A stretch of DNA of 63,997 nucleotides, filler included, from Thermodesulfobacteriota bacterium (GTDB taxonomy: Bacteria; DASVDK01): the NCBI GenBank assembly GCA_036381125.1. It is 5 parts of 5 records of this genome, joined end to end, with 100 filler letters (N's around TTAATTAATTAA, not from the genome) between each part and the next. Parts side by side here need not be neighbours in the genome. Positions count along the whole stretch, not along the records: positions 1 to 10,735 come from DASVDK010000165.1; positions 10,836 to 37,107 come from DASVDK010000166.1; 3 more parts are not named here. One strand, written 5' to 3'. Of this stretch, positions 1 through 12,601 are shown in pieces. Every line of letters starts with the position of its first letter. Within the stretch, counting starts at the first letter, position 1. Made by a program: the position numbers and the translations under genes. The notes under the pieces are model-generated. The model was not told the DNA's origin, searched no databases, and saw only the letters and a program-made list of their open reading frames with translations.

Positions 1-509
1 GAGCCGTTCACGAGCAGGTTCGGGAACGTCGTCGGAAGAACGGTCGGCTCTTCGGTGGTCTCGTCGTAGTTCGGAACGAAGTCGACGGTCTCCTTGTCGA
101 GATCCGCCATCATCGCGGCGGCGAGCCCCTCCGGGCGCGCCTCGGTATACCGCCTCGCCGCCGGCGGATCGCCGTCGACCGACCCGAAGTTCCCCTGGCC
201 GTCGACGAGCACGTACCGCATCGAGAAGTCCTGCGCCATGCGGACGACCGTGTCGTAGACCGCGCTCTCGCCGTGCGGGTGGTACTTGCCGAGGACGTCC
301 CCGACCACGCGCGCGCTCTTCTTGTAGGGCTTGTTCCAGGTGAGCCCGGTCTCGGACATCGAGTAGAGGACGCGCCGGTGCACCGGCTTGAGCCCGTCGC
401 GCACGTCGGGGAGGGCTCGGCCGATGATGACCGACATCGCATAGTCCATGTAGGACTTGCGCATCTCGTCTTCGATGTTGACCGTGATCTGCGAGAAGCT
501 CTGGGGCAC
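1..509 (-). CDS. gyrA: DNA gyrase subunit A, N-terminal part (runs off the window start)
   Basis: Manual translation from GTG at 509 gives ...[36 protein letters not shown]...GKYHPHG...DGQGNFGS...RYTEAR. It lies directly downstream of gyrB and is absent from the ORF track because there is no stop in the window. Confidence 0.96.
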   Translation of the reverse strand, partial: MPQSFSQITVNIEDEMRKSYMDYAMSVIIGRALPDVRDGLKPVHRRVLYSMSETGLTWNKPYKKSARVVGDVLGKYHPHGESAVYDTVVRMAQDFSMRYVLVDGQGNFGSVDGDPPAARRYTEARPEGLAAAMMADLDKETVDFVPNYDETTEEPTVLPTTFPNLLVNG

Positions 510-606
510 TGTACAGTCGTCCTTTTCGTGTTCGTTCGGCTATCGGCTCGTCATGGGGCCGGCGGCCCGAAGCCTTGCGCGCCGAGGCGGCGCCGAGGCG
601 GCCGAG

Positions 607-4358
<3,752 letters not shown>

Positions 4359-4446
4359 CGTCGTTCGCCTCGAGTGCGGCCGCCCGCCGCCCGCGCCGCC
4401 CCCGCTCGGCGGGGGCCGCCGGCTCCGCTTCGCTGCCGGCGCGTCG

Positions 4447-5592
4447 TCAGATCCTCATCGGCATGATGACGCCCAGGTGGCCCTCGACGCCGGCGCCCCT
4501 CAGGAGCCCCGGGCTCGTCTCGTCGGTCAGGTCGAGGACGACCGTGTCGGCGTCGACGGCGCCGAGGAAGTCGAGCAGGTAGCGGGCGTTGAAGCCGACC
4601 TGGAGCGGCCGGCCGGCGTACTCGACCGCCAGCTCCTCCCGCGCCTCGCCGAGGTCGGGGTTGGTCGTCGAGACCTCGAGCAGCCCCGGCCTGAGCGCGA
4701 GCTTGACCGAGCGCGACTTCTCCGCCGAGACGATCGAGATCCGCCGCAGCGCGCGGGCGAAGGCCTCCCGGTCGACCCGCGCGCCGCCGTCGCCCGCCTT
4801 CGGGATGACCGCGCGGTAGTCCGGGAACGCCCCCTCGATGAGGCGCATGACGAGGAGCGTCTCGCCGACCAGGAAGAGGCCGCTGTTCTCGCGGATGGCC
4901 ACCTTGAGCTCGCCCGCCCCCTCCTCGCCGGCCGCCTCGTCGAGGAGCCGCTTCAGCTCCGAGAGCCCCTTGCGCGGCAGGATCACGCCCCGGGTGAGCC
5001 CCTCGAGGCCGCCCTCGATGGCGCGGTCGATCAGCGCCAGCCGGTGGCCGTCGGTGGCGACCATGCGGGCGGCGCCCCCTTCGGCCAGCCGCTCGAGGTA
5101 GACGCCGTTGAGGTTGTAGCGCGTCTCGTCGCTCGAGGCCGCGTAGAGGGTCCGCTCGATCATCGAGCGGATCGCCGCCGCGTCGACCGAGCCGAAGGAC
5201 GCGCCCTCGCGCGCCGGCAGCGCCGGGAACTCGTCGGGGGAGAGGCCGACCAGGTTGACGACGACCTTGCCCGAGGAGATCTGGGCGTAGAGGTTCTCCT
5301 TCGCCGCGATGCGCACGTCGCCGGCCGGCAGCTCGCGGGCGATCTCGTAGAGCTTCTTGGCGGCGAGCGTCAGCCGGCCCGGGCTCGAGACCTCCCGGGC
5401 GGGCACGGCCGTGCGGACGCCCACCTCGAGGTCGGTCGCGGCGAACTCCACGGTCCCGCCGTGCGCGTTCCCCTCCGCGGCGAGGAGGACGTTGGCGAGG
5501 ATCGGCATGGTGCTGCGCCGCTCGACGATGCTCTGCGTCCGCGCGAGGCCCCGAACGAGCTGGGCCTGGTCGATCGTGAACTCCATGGGCAT
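4447..5592 (-). CDS. dnaN: DNA polymerase III beta sliding clamp
   Basis: ATDLEV, TRYNLNG, VATDGHRL, GFNARYL and C-terminal VIMPMRI. Start placed at ATG 5592 (or 5586) after a GGGAG SD rather than at the ORF-track start. Confidence 0.96.
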   Translation of the reverse strand: MPMEFTIDQAQLVRGLARTQSIVERRSTMPILANVLLAAEGNAHGGTVEFAATDLEVGVRTAVPAREVSSPGRLTLAAKKLYEIARELPAGDVRIAAKENLYAQISSGKVVVNLVGLSPDEFPALPAREGASFGSVDAAAIRSMIERTLYAASSDETRYNLNGVYLERLAEGGAARMVATDGHRLALIDRAIEGGLEGLTRGVILPRKGLSELKRLLDEAAGEEGAGELKVAIRENSGLFLVGETLLVMRLIEGAFPDYRAVIPKAGDGGARVDREAFARALRRISIVSAEKSRSVKLALRPGLLEVSTTNPDLGEAREELAVEYAGRPLQVGFNARYLLDFLGAVDADTVVLDLTDETSPGLLRGAGVEGHLGVIMPMRI

Positions 5593-5659
5593 GGCTTCGT
5601 GCGCTCCCTGGCGGTCGTGGTCCCGACGCCTGTACAACCCGTCATAGTCTCAGGGCGTG

Positions 5660-5815
5660 TGGGTCGTGTGGAATCCTGGAAAAAAGAAGTCTAGATCAAG
5701 ATGTTGAGCTGTGGACACCTTTGTGGAGCCTCTGGGGGGCGCGGTGGACGACGCGCCGCCGCCGCGGCGATCCACCGGACGAATCCCACCGTTCTCCAGA
5801 GGTTGTCCACACCTG
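5660..5815. promoter_or_regulatory. oriC core in the dnaA-dnaN gap: DnaA boxes plus a putative unwinding/DnaA-trio region
   Basis: TTGTCCACA at 5803-5811, TGTGGACAC at ~5710 and further degenerate boxes, next to the only AT-rich stretch of the gap (AAAAAAGAAGTCTAGATCAAGATGTT, ~5680-5706). Confidence 0.75.
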
Positions 5816-5834
5816 AACCCCCGGGCCGCTGGCA

Positions 5835-5929
5835 GTAGCGGGAGTGCGCCCCGCGAAGCGCGGCTCGGGCGTAGCCCGACGCGCCGTGATGCCGGACCGT
5901 GGGCGGCACGCCGACGGAGGAGCCATTCG
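5835..5929 (+). repeat. GTAG-led multi-hairpin dispersed repeat, copy A
   Basis: Aligns by eye over ~95 nt with 26257-26352; contains GCGAAGC and TCGGGC-GTA-GCCCGA hairpins. Confidence 0.85.
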
Positions 5930-5956
5930 CAGTCTCCGCAGCGGCCCCGGTAGCCG

Positions 5957-7276
5957 TCACGCCTCGAGCGACGCCCGGATGCGCTCCACGGTTCGCCGGA
6001 ACTCGGCGTCCTCCTCCATGCGTCCCTTCACCCGATTGACGGCGTGGATCACGGTCGAGTGGTCCTTGCCGCCGAAGCGGTCGCCGATCTCGGGGAAGGA
6101 CGCCTTCGTGCAGGTACGGGCCAGGTACATCGCCGTCTGCCGGGGCAACGTGAAGGCCTGGAGCTTGCGGGCGCCCTTGAGGTCGCTCACCCGGACCTTG
6201 AAGTGGTTCGCGACGGCGTGGATCACGTCGTCGACGGTGAGCTCCCGCTCGCGGCGGGGCAGGAGGTCCTGGAGGGCCTGGCGCGCCACGTCGAGGGTGA
6301 GCGCCTCCCCCTCGAGCTCCGCCTTGGCGCAGATGCGGGTGAGAAAGCCCTCCAGCTCGCGGATGTTCGAGGAGCTGGCCTGGGCGAGGAAGAGCGCCAC
6401 GTCGTCGGGGAGCGCGATCCCCTGGGAGGCCGCTTTCCGCTTGAGGATCGCCACCTTCGTCTCCATGTCGGGCGGCTGCACGTCGGCGATGAGGCCCCAC
6501 TCGAAGCGGGTGCGCAGCCGCTCCTCCAGCCCCGAGATCTCCTTCGGCGAGCGGTCGGAGGTGAGGCAGATCTGCTTGCCGGCCGCGTGGAGGGTGTTGA
6601 AAGTGTGGAAAAAGGCCTCCTGGGTCCGCTCCTTGCCGGCGATGAACTGGATGTCGTCGACCAGGAGCACGTCGGCGGCGTTCCGGTACCGGTTGTTGAA
6701 CTCGTGCATCTTGTTGTTCTGGATCGCGCTGATCAGCTCGTTCGTGAAGCGCTCGGCGGAGACGTAGCAGATCCGCGCGGTCGGCCGGCGGGCGAGGACG
6801 GCATGGCCGATGGCGTTGATGAGGTGCGTCTTGCCGAGGCCGACGCCGCCGTAGAGGAAGAGTGGGTTGTAGGTGCGGCCGGTCCCCTGGCCGACGGCCA
6901 GGCAGGCGGCGTGCGCGAACTGGTTGCCCGAGCCGACGACGAAGGACTCGAACGTGTACGCAGGGTTGAGCGAGGTGTCGCTGCGGGGTGGCAGCGGCGC
7001 CGCCGCCGGCTCGGCCGGCGCCGGGGCTGCGTCGACCTCGGGGGCGACCGCGAACCGGACGGCGAGCGGACGGCCGCCGGCTGCCGCGAGCGCCCGCTCG
7101 ATCGTCTGGCGGAAGCGTTCCGCGACGACCTCCCCGAAGAAGGCGTCCGGGACGGCGAGGTCGAGCGCGTCCTCGTCGAGCGCGACCGGCTTGAGCGGCC
7201 GGATCCAGAGCTCGAACGCCTGCGGCGGTACCGTCTGCCGCAGCGTCTCGCGGGCGGCGTCCCAGAGGCTCTCCAT
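5957..7276 (-). CDS. dnaA: Chromosomal replication initiator DnaA
   Basis: YTFESFVVG, YNPLFLYGGVGLGKTHL, LLVDDIQF, NIRELEG, FGGKDHSTVIHA. Start ATG 7276 follows a GGGGAG SD. Confidence 0.98.
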   Translation of the reverse strand: MESLWDAARETLRQTVPPQAFELWIRPLKPVALDEDALDLAVPDAFFGEVVAERFRQTIERALAAAGGRPLAVRFAVAPEVDAAPAPAEPAAAPLPPRSDTSLNPAYTFESFVVGSGNQFAHAACLAVGQGTGRTYNPLFLYGGVGLGKTHLINAIGHAVLARRPTARICYVSAERFTNELISAIQNNKMHEFNNRYRNAADVLLVDDIQFIAGKERTQEAFFHTFNTLHAAGKQICLTSDRSPKEISGLEERLRTRFEWGLIADVQPPDMETKVAILKRKAASQGIALPDDVALFLAQASSSNIRELEGFLTRICAKAELEGEALTLDVARQALQDLLPRRERELTVDDVIHAVANHFKVRVSDLKGARKLQAFTLPRQTAMYLARTCTKASFPEIGDRFGGKDHSTVIHAVNRVKGRMEEDAEFRRTVERIRASLEA

Positions 7277-7301
7277 GGCTCTCCCCGGCGGCTTCTCGAC
7301 A

Positions 7302-7345
7302 GAATCCACAGCCCCATCCACAGGTGTGGATAACTCTGTGGAGAA
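7302..7345. promoter_or_regulatory. DnaA-box cluster upstream of dnaA (second half of a bipartite origin and/or autoregulation)
   Basis: Perfect TGTGGATAA at 7325-7333, TGTGGAGAA at 7337-7345, GAATCCACA at 7302-7310, CCATCCACA at 7314-7322. Confidence 0.88.
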
Positions 7346-7558
7346 GCCGAAAACAGAGTGGAAACAAGGGTCTGGATCGTATCAGAGCGGGCGCGCCGGT
7401 GTAAAGGACGGGAGGGGGCGGCAAGGGGCGGCCCGCGGTGGCCGGCTTGACAGACGTTTGCGGCACGATCTTAAATAGCGGGTTCGCGTTGCCCGGTGAG
7501 TCAGGTCGCAGGGCCGCGGGCTCCGGTATCCGAACGGCAGGGAGGCTCTCGAACGGCC

Positions 7559-7711
7559 ATGAAGCGCACCTACCAGCCCAGCAACACGCGCCGGAAGCGG
7601 ACGCACGGCTTCCTCACCAGGATGGCGACCAAGGCCGGCCGCCTCGTCCTCAAGCGTCGCCGGGCCAAGGGGCGCAAGCGCCTCACGGTGGACGTGGGCG
7701 GGAAGGTCTAG
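7559..7711 (+). CDS. rpmH: 50S ribosomal protein L34
   Basis: [22 protein letters not shown]...GRKRL, with GGAGG upstream. Confidence 0.97.
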   Translation: MKRTYQPSNTRRKRTHGFLTRMATKAGRLVLKRRRAKGRKRLTVDVGGKV

Positions 7712-7772
7712 CGACGTCCGGGAGCGAACGGGCCGAGAGGGCCAGCGTGCCGGGCCGGCGGCGCGCGCAGGC

Positions 7773-8165
7773 GTGAGCGTGCGGAGCGGCGCGGCGGCCC
7801 CCTTCGGCCTCCCGAAGAGCGCCCGGCTGCGGACGCGGGCCGACTACGATCGCGCGTCCCGGGGGGCGCCGTCGGTCACGACCCCGCACTTCAAGCTCGT
7901 CCGGGGGCGCGGCCCCGGCGGGGGCGCCCGGCTGGGGCTCATCGTGCCGCGCAAGGTCGGCAGCGCCGTGGTGCGCAACCGCGTGAAGCGCCGCCTGCGC
8001 GAATGGTTCAGGGTGTCGAGGCCCGAACTTCCCGAGGGGCTCGACCTCATCGTCATTGCCCGGCCCGGCGCCGAGCGGCTGAAGGGGCCAGCGCTGGCGG
8101 CGGAGTTGACCGGGGCGCTGGCCCGCCGGCAAGGGGGTCGGCGGGCGGGGCGGTCGCGTACGTGA
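7773..8165 (+). CDS. rnpA: RNase P protein component
   Basis: [25 protein letters not shown] (RNR motif); follows rpmH. Confidence 0.93.
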   Translation: MSVRSGAAAPFGLPKSARLRTRADYDRASRGAPSVTTPHFKLVRGRGPGGGARLGLIVPRKVGSAVVRNRVKRRLREWFRVSRPELPEGLDLIVIARPGAERLKGPALAAELTGALARRQGGRRAGRSRT

Positions 8166-8398
8166 GAGCCGAGAGTCGTCCGACGGTCGCGGCGAGAGCC
8201 GCGCGTGGCCTGATCCGGGCATACCAGGTGTTCGTCTCCCCGCTGCTCGGGCCGCGGTGCCGCTTCTACCCGAGTTGCTCCGCGTACTGCGCGGAGGCGA
8301 TCGAGCGGTACGGCGTCGTCCGGGGACTCGCGCGGGGAGCGGCGCGGCTGGCGCGGTGCCACCCGTTCCACCCGGGCGGGTTCGATCCGGTACACTAG
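8162..8398 (+). CDS. yidD: Membrane protein insertion efficiency factor YidD
   Basis: [22 protein letters not shown]...[16 protein letters not shown] overlaps the rnpA stop (GTGA). Confidence 0.95.
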   Translation: MRAESRPTVAARAARGLIRAYQVFVSPLLGPRCRFYPSCSAYCAEAIERYGVVRGLARGAARLARCHPFHPGGFDPVH

Positions 8399-8437
8399 GC
8401 CGCCCGTCCGTCTTCTTCACGAGGCCCACAGCATACG

Positions 8438-10123
8438 ATGGAGTCCAAACGGCTGCTCCTGGCGACGATTCTGTCGATCGCCATCATCCTGGGCTATCAG
8501 GCCCTCGCATCCCGCTTCTTCCCGCCCCCCGAGCCGGCACCCGGCGGCCGGGCGGCGCCGTCGCCCGCGGCCAGCGTGGCGCCGTCGCCCGACGAGGCAG
8601 CAACCCCCGGCGCGGCGCCGTCTCGAGCGGCGGCGCCCCTGGCGGGCGCCCCCACGCCCGCCGTGCCGCAGGGCGAGCGGGTCACGGTTCGCACGGAGCA
8701 GTACGAGATGGTCTTCTCGACGGCGACGGCCGGACCTGTGGAGGTCCGCCTGCCGGACTACCGGGCGTCGAACGAGCCGGGGGCGCCGCCGGTAGCGCTC
8801 GCCGACCTGACCGAGGGCGCCCTGGTGCCGACGCTGCTCGCCCCAGGCGGCCAGCGACTCCTGCCGCCGGGGACGCTCTACACCGTCGAGCCGGCCGGCG
8901 GGCTCGTCGTGGAGCCGGGCCAGGAGGGGACGCTCACGTTCACGGCGGAGGCGCCGGGCGGCGTGCGGGTCGTGAACCGGTACGTCTTCGAAGGGGCGTC
9001 GCGCTACGCCTTCCGCCTCGAGCAGACGGTCACCAATACCGGTGGCCAGCCGGTCAGCGTGCAGGCCGCCTGGATCCTCCGGCACGCCCGGGACGTCGAG
9101 GCCGAGAAGGCGGCCGGGTACTCGTCGGGGGCGCTCGTGCGGAGCGTGGCCGGCGTGCGACGCGAGGAGTTCGGCGACGTCGGCCAGGGGCTGCGGGTGT
9201 CGGGACCGATCGATTGGGCCGGCTGGCAGGAGAAGTACTTCGCCGGCGTGGTGCTGCCCAGGGGGCCGCAGGTGGAGGCGGTCGCCGTCGCGGAGCAGCC
9301 GGCCGGCTCGGGCGAGGCCGGCGGCGCGCCCCGGGCGGGTGCCGCGGCCGGGCCGGTGGGGGTCGTCCAGGTCGTCTACCAGGCGGCGCAGGTGGCGCCG
9401 GGCGGCTCGGTCACCGCGGGCGCGGGCCAGGTCTACATGGGCCCGAAGGACGTCGGCGAGCTGCGGAAGGTCGATCCACGCCTCGAGCAGGTCATCCACC
9501 TCGGCTTCTTCCACTGGATCGCCATGCCGCTCCTCCTGGCGCTCCGGTGGCTCCACGGGCTCCTCGGCAACTACGGCCTGGCGATCATCGCCCTGACGAT
9601 CCTGATCAAGCTCGTCTTCTGGCCGCTCACGGCGAAGCAGATCCGGTCGTCCAAGGCGATGGCGAGGATCCAGCCGGAGATGACCCGCCTGCGGGAGAAG
9701 TACAAGAACGACCGCGAGGCGCTCAACCGGGAGATGATGCAGCTCTTCAGGCAGCACAACGTGAACCCGCTGATGGGCTGCCTGCCGCTCCTCGTGCAGA
9801 TCCCGGTCTTCTTCGCCCTCTACCAGGTGCTCAGCCAGTCGATCGAGCTGCGCCACGCGCCGTTCGTCGGATGGATCCGGGACCTGTCGGCGATGGACCC
9901 GTACTACGTCACGCCGGTCCTCATGGGCATCACGATGTTCGTCACGCAGCGGATGACACCGACGCCCGGGATGGACCCGACGCAGCAGAAGATCATGATG
10001 TTCATGCCGGCCATGATGAGCGTGTTCTTCCTCTGGATGCCTTCGGGACTGGTGCTCTACTGGCTCGTGACGAACGTCCTCCAGATCGGCCAGCAGGTGT
10101 ACGCCAACCGCCTCTCGGCCTGA
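8438..10123 (+). CDS. yidC: Membrane protein insertase YidC
   Basis: N-terminal TM, periplasmic domain, GNYGLAII, NPLMGCLP, WIRDLSAMDPYY, PSGLVLYW. Confidence 0.96.
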   Translation: MESKRLLLATILSIAIILGYQALASRFFPPPEPAPGGRAAPSPAASVAPSPDEAATPGAAPSRAAAPLAGAPTPAVPQGERVTVRTEQYEMVFSTATAGPVEVRLPDYRASNEPGAPPVALADLTEGALVPTLLAPGGQRLLPPGTLYTVEPAGGLVVEPGQEGTLTFTAEAPGGVRVVNRYVFEGASRYAFRLEQTVTNTGGQPVSVQAAWILRHARDVEAEKAAGYSSGALVRSVAGVRREEFGDVGQGLRVSGPIDWAGWQEKYFAGVVLPRGPQVEAVAVAEQPAGSGEAGGAPRAGAAAGPVGVVQVVYQAAQVAPGGSVTAGAGQVYMGPKDVGELRKVDPRLEQVIHLGFFHWIAMPLLLALRWLHGLLGNYGLAIIALTILIKLVFWPLTAKQIRSSKAMARIQPEMTRLREKYKNDREALNREMMQLFRQHNVNPLMGCLPLLVQIPVFFALYQVLSQSIELRHAPFVGWIRDLSAMDPYYVTPVLMGITMFVTQRMTPTPGMDPTQQKIMMFMPAMMSVFFLWMPSGLVLYWLVTNVLQIGQQVYANRLSA

Positions 10124-10137
10124 CCGGTTCCGCCGGG

Positions 10138-10153
10138 TGTTCCACGTGGAACA
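10138..10153. promoter_or_regulatory. parS centromere-like site
   Basis: TGTTCCACGTGGAACA matches the 16-bp parS consensus and is origin-proximal. Confidence 0.9.
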
Positions 10154-10185
10154 CCCGGCGTCGTGGGTGGGCCTCGGAGGGGCGC

Positions 10186-10735
10186 ATGCCGAATCGGAAA
10201 GCGCCTCCACGCTCCGCTCCCCCGCCCGATCCCGCCGTCGTCTCCACGAGCCTGCGCGAATCGGCCGCCGCGCTCGGCGTCCGGCTCGACCCCGAGACGG
10301 CCGACCGGCTGGTCGCCTTCGGGCGTGAGCTGCTGCGCTGGAACGCGCGAGTCGACCTCGTGGCCCCTACCGACCTCGCCACGTTCGCCAGTCGTCACCT
10401 GCTCGACGCGCTGGCGCTCCTGCCGCTGCTGCGCGACCTGGGCGTTCGTCGCCTGATCGACCTCGGCTCGGGGGCCGGCCTTCCCGGGCTCGTGCTGGCG
10501 CTCGTGGAGCCGGGGTTGACCGTCGAGTCGCTGGAGCCGCGCGGCCGCCGGGCGGCCTTCCAGCGCCATGTCAGCCGTCTCCTCGGGCTCGGCGGCGTGC
10601 GGGTCACCGAGAGGCGCGTCGAGCCGGGCAGGCTCCCGCCGGTGCCGCCGGCGGATGCGGTGGTGGCGCGCGCCGTCGCACCGCTCCCCGACCTCCTCGC
10701 GCTGGCCGCCCCGCTCGCGCGGCCGGGCGGCGTCG
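10186..10735 (+). CDS. rsmG: 16S rRNA m7G527 methyltransferase RsmG (GidB), 3' truncated by the contig end
   Basis: WNARVDL, RHLLDAL, IDLGSGAGLPG, VVARAV; GGAGG SD before ATG 10186. Confidence 0.9.
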
Positions 10736-10835
10736 NNNNNNNNNNNNNNNNNNNNNNNNNNNNNNNNNNNNNNNNNNNNTTAATTAATTAANNNNNNNNN
10801 NNNNNNNNNNNNNNNNNNNNNNNNNNNNNNNNNNN
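10736..10835. other. Artificial contig spacer
   Basis: N44-TTAATTAATTAA-N44 (stops in all six frames), identical at four places. Confidence 0.99.
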
Positions 10836-11723
10836 AAGGAGGCGCTCCGGCGCGAGGCCCACGAGGGGGCGTTGCCGCAGGCCGGCGAGTCGCTGTCGAT
10901 GGGCGCCGTCTTCAAGGACACCAAGCTCTCGCAGCTTCGGCCCGACACCAACGCCTTCCTCGGCACGAGCGACGAGCGGCTCAAGCTCCTGCGCCAGCCG
11001 GGCGAGCTGCCCGAACTGCGCCAGGATGCGCGCGGCAGCGGCTATCACCTCCGCCTCAAGCGGATGCAGGAGGAGCTTGCCGCCGTGGGCAACGCCGGCA
11101 TCTCCAGGAAGCAGTTCGCGGAGCTGACCGAACGGCTGCGCCAGATGGGGCGCGAGCGCGGCGGGCGGGGCGGCGCCTTCGACAAGGCGCTGCGCGACAG
11201 CATGTCGGCCTACGAGGCCGGCGACACCGACCAGGCGATGGACTCCATGGAGCGCGCCCTCGACGCCCTCGGCGACGGGGACGGGCGGGCCGGCGACGGT
11301 TCGCTGCCGCCCGGCAGCGACGAGGGGGGCTGGCCCGAGGACCTGAGCGGTCGGGCCGGGCCGCCGCAGGACAGCGAGGCCGACGGGCCGGGCGGCGAGC
11401 AGGCCGGGGCGCAGGACGGCACCGCCAGCCACGGCAGCGAGGCCGGCTCGGGCGGGTCGGGCGAGAAGGCGGGGGACGCCGGGGAGGCGCCCGAGTGGGC
11501 GGCCAACGCGGAGTCGTTCGTCGAGGGGATGGTTTCGCAGGGCGAGTCCGAGGCCTACGACAGCGACGTGACCGGCCGCGGCGCGAAGGCGCCGTCCCGG
11601 CTGCCCTACATGAACGTCTTCCAGGAGTACCGGAAGCAGGTGGAGGAGGCGCTCGTCAAGGAGGCGGTCCCGCTGGAGGCGCGCGAGCGGGTGCGCGCGT
11701 ACTTTCGCTCCCTCGAGGAGTAG
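10836..11723 (+). CDS. C-terminal part of a coiled-coil/Gly-rich hypothetical protein of the type found with MoxR-DUF58-VWA modules
   Basis: Helical Gln/Glu-rich segment, Gly/Asp low-complexity linker, terminal VPLEARERVRAYFRSLEE; 5' cut by the spacer. Confidence 0.7.
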   Translation, partial: KEALRREAHEGALPQAGESLSMGAVFKDTKLSQLRPDTNAFLGTSDERLKLLRQPGELPELRQDARGSGYHLRLKRMQEELAAVGNAGISRKQFAELTERLRQMGRERGGRGGAFDKALRDSMSAYEAGDTDQAMDSMERALDALGDGDGRAGDGSLPPGSDEGGWPEDLSGRAGPPQDSEADGPGGEQAGAQDGTASHGSEAGSGGSGEKAGDAGEAPEWAANAESFVEGMVSQGESEAYDSDVTGRGAKAPSRLPYMNVFQEYRKQVEEALVKEAVPLEARERVRAYFRSLEE

Positions 11724-11728
11724 CGGTC

Positions 11729-12601
11729 TTGCTCCTCGACGCGGGCCTCGTCCGGAGCCTCGAACGGCTCAGCATCACCGCGCGCCGGACGCTCTGGGGG
11801 CAGACGCAGGGCGAGCGCAAGGTGAACTCGGCCGGCGCCTCCATCGAGTTCCACGACTACCGGCAGTACCAGCCGGGCGACGACCTGCGCTACCTCGACT
11901 GGCAGGTGTACGGGCGGCTCGACCGCCTCGTGCTCCGCCTCTACCGGGACGAGGTGGACCTCCTCGTCCAGATCCTCGTGGACGCCTCCGCCTCCATGGC
12001 GGTGGGTGACCCGCCGAAGTCGGACTACGCCCTCCGGCTGGCCGCGGCGCTGAGCTACGTGGGGCTCGCCGGGCTCGAGCGCGTGGCGGTCGGGTACGTC
12101 GCCGCCGGCCGGGCCGACGTGACGCGTCCGTTCCGCGGCCGGGGCAGCTTCGGGCCGCTCGCCGAGTACCTCGAGCGGATCGAGTTCGGCGGCGCCACGG
12201 CGCTGAACGCCTCGCTGCGCGCCGAGGCGGTGCGCCTGCCGCGCCGCTCGCGGCTGATCCTCGTCACCGACCTCCTCGACCGGGCGGGCTACCAGGACGG
12301 CCTGCTGGCCCTCCAGGCGTCGGGCCACGACGTCTTCGTCGTCCACCTCCTGTCGCCCGACGAGATCGACCCGCCCGAGATCGGCGACGTGCGGCTGATC
12401 GACGCCGAGACGGGCGCCGCCGAGGACGTCACGCTCTCGCGCGACCGCATCGCCGGCTACCGCGACCGCATCGCCCGGCACCACGCAGAGGTCGAGGCCT
12501 TCGCCTACGCGCACGGCATCGGCTACGCCCGCGTCTCGACGGCGACACCGCTCGAGGACGTGCTCTTCCGCAACTTGATGCAGGGACGTCTCCTCCGATG
12601 A
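11729..12601 (+). CDS. DUF58 family protein (VWA-like MoxR partner)
   Basis: EFHDYRQYQPGDDLRYLDWQVYGR, ILVDASASM; TTG start after GAGGAG. Confidence 0.9.
   Translation: MLLDAGLVRSLERLSITARRTLWGQTQGERKVNSAGASIEFHDYRQYQPGDDLRYLDWQVYGRLDRLVLRLYRDEVDLLVQILVDASASMAVGDPPKSDYALRLAAALSYVGLAGLERVAVGYVAAGRADVTRPFRGRGSFGPLAEYLERIEFGGATALNASLRAEAVRLPRRSRLILVTDLLDRAGYQDGLLALQASGHDVFVVHLLSPDEIDPPEIGDVRLIDAETGAAEDVTLSRDRIAGYRDRIARHHAEVEAFAYAHGIGYARVSTATPLEDVLFRNLMQGRLLR

Noticed and set aside
7480-7558. SRP RNA or riboswitch upstream of rpmH
   Set aside because: TCAGGTC resembles the SRP core but the following GGAAGGAAGCAGC is absent; no riboswitch consensus is recognisable.
10736-10835. TTAATTAATTAA AT-rich repeat (four copies) as a biological motif
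   Set aside because: It is flanked by exactly 44 N on each side every time. It is a six-frame-stop contig linker, so gene neighbourhoods across it were not interpreted.
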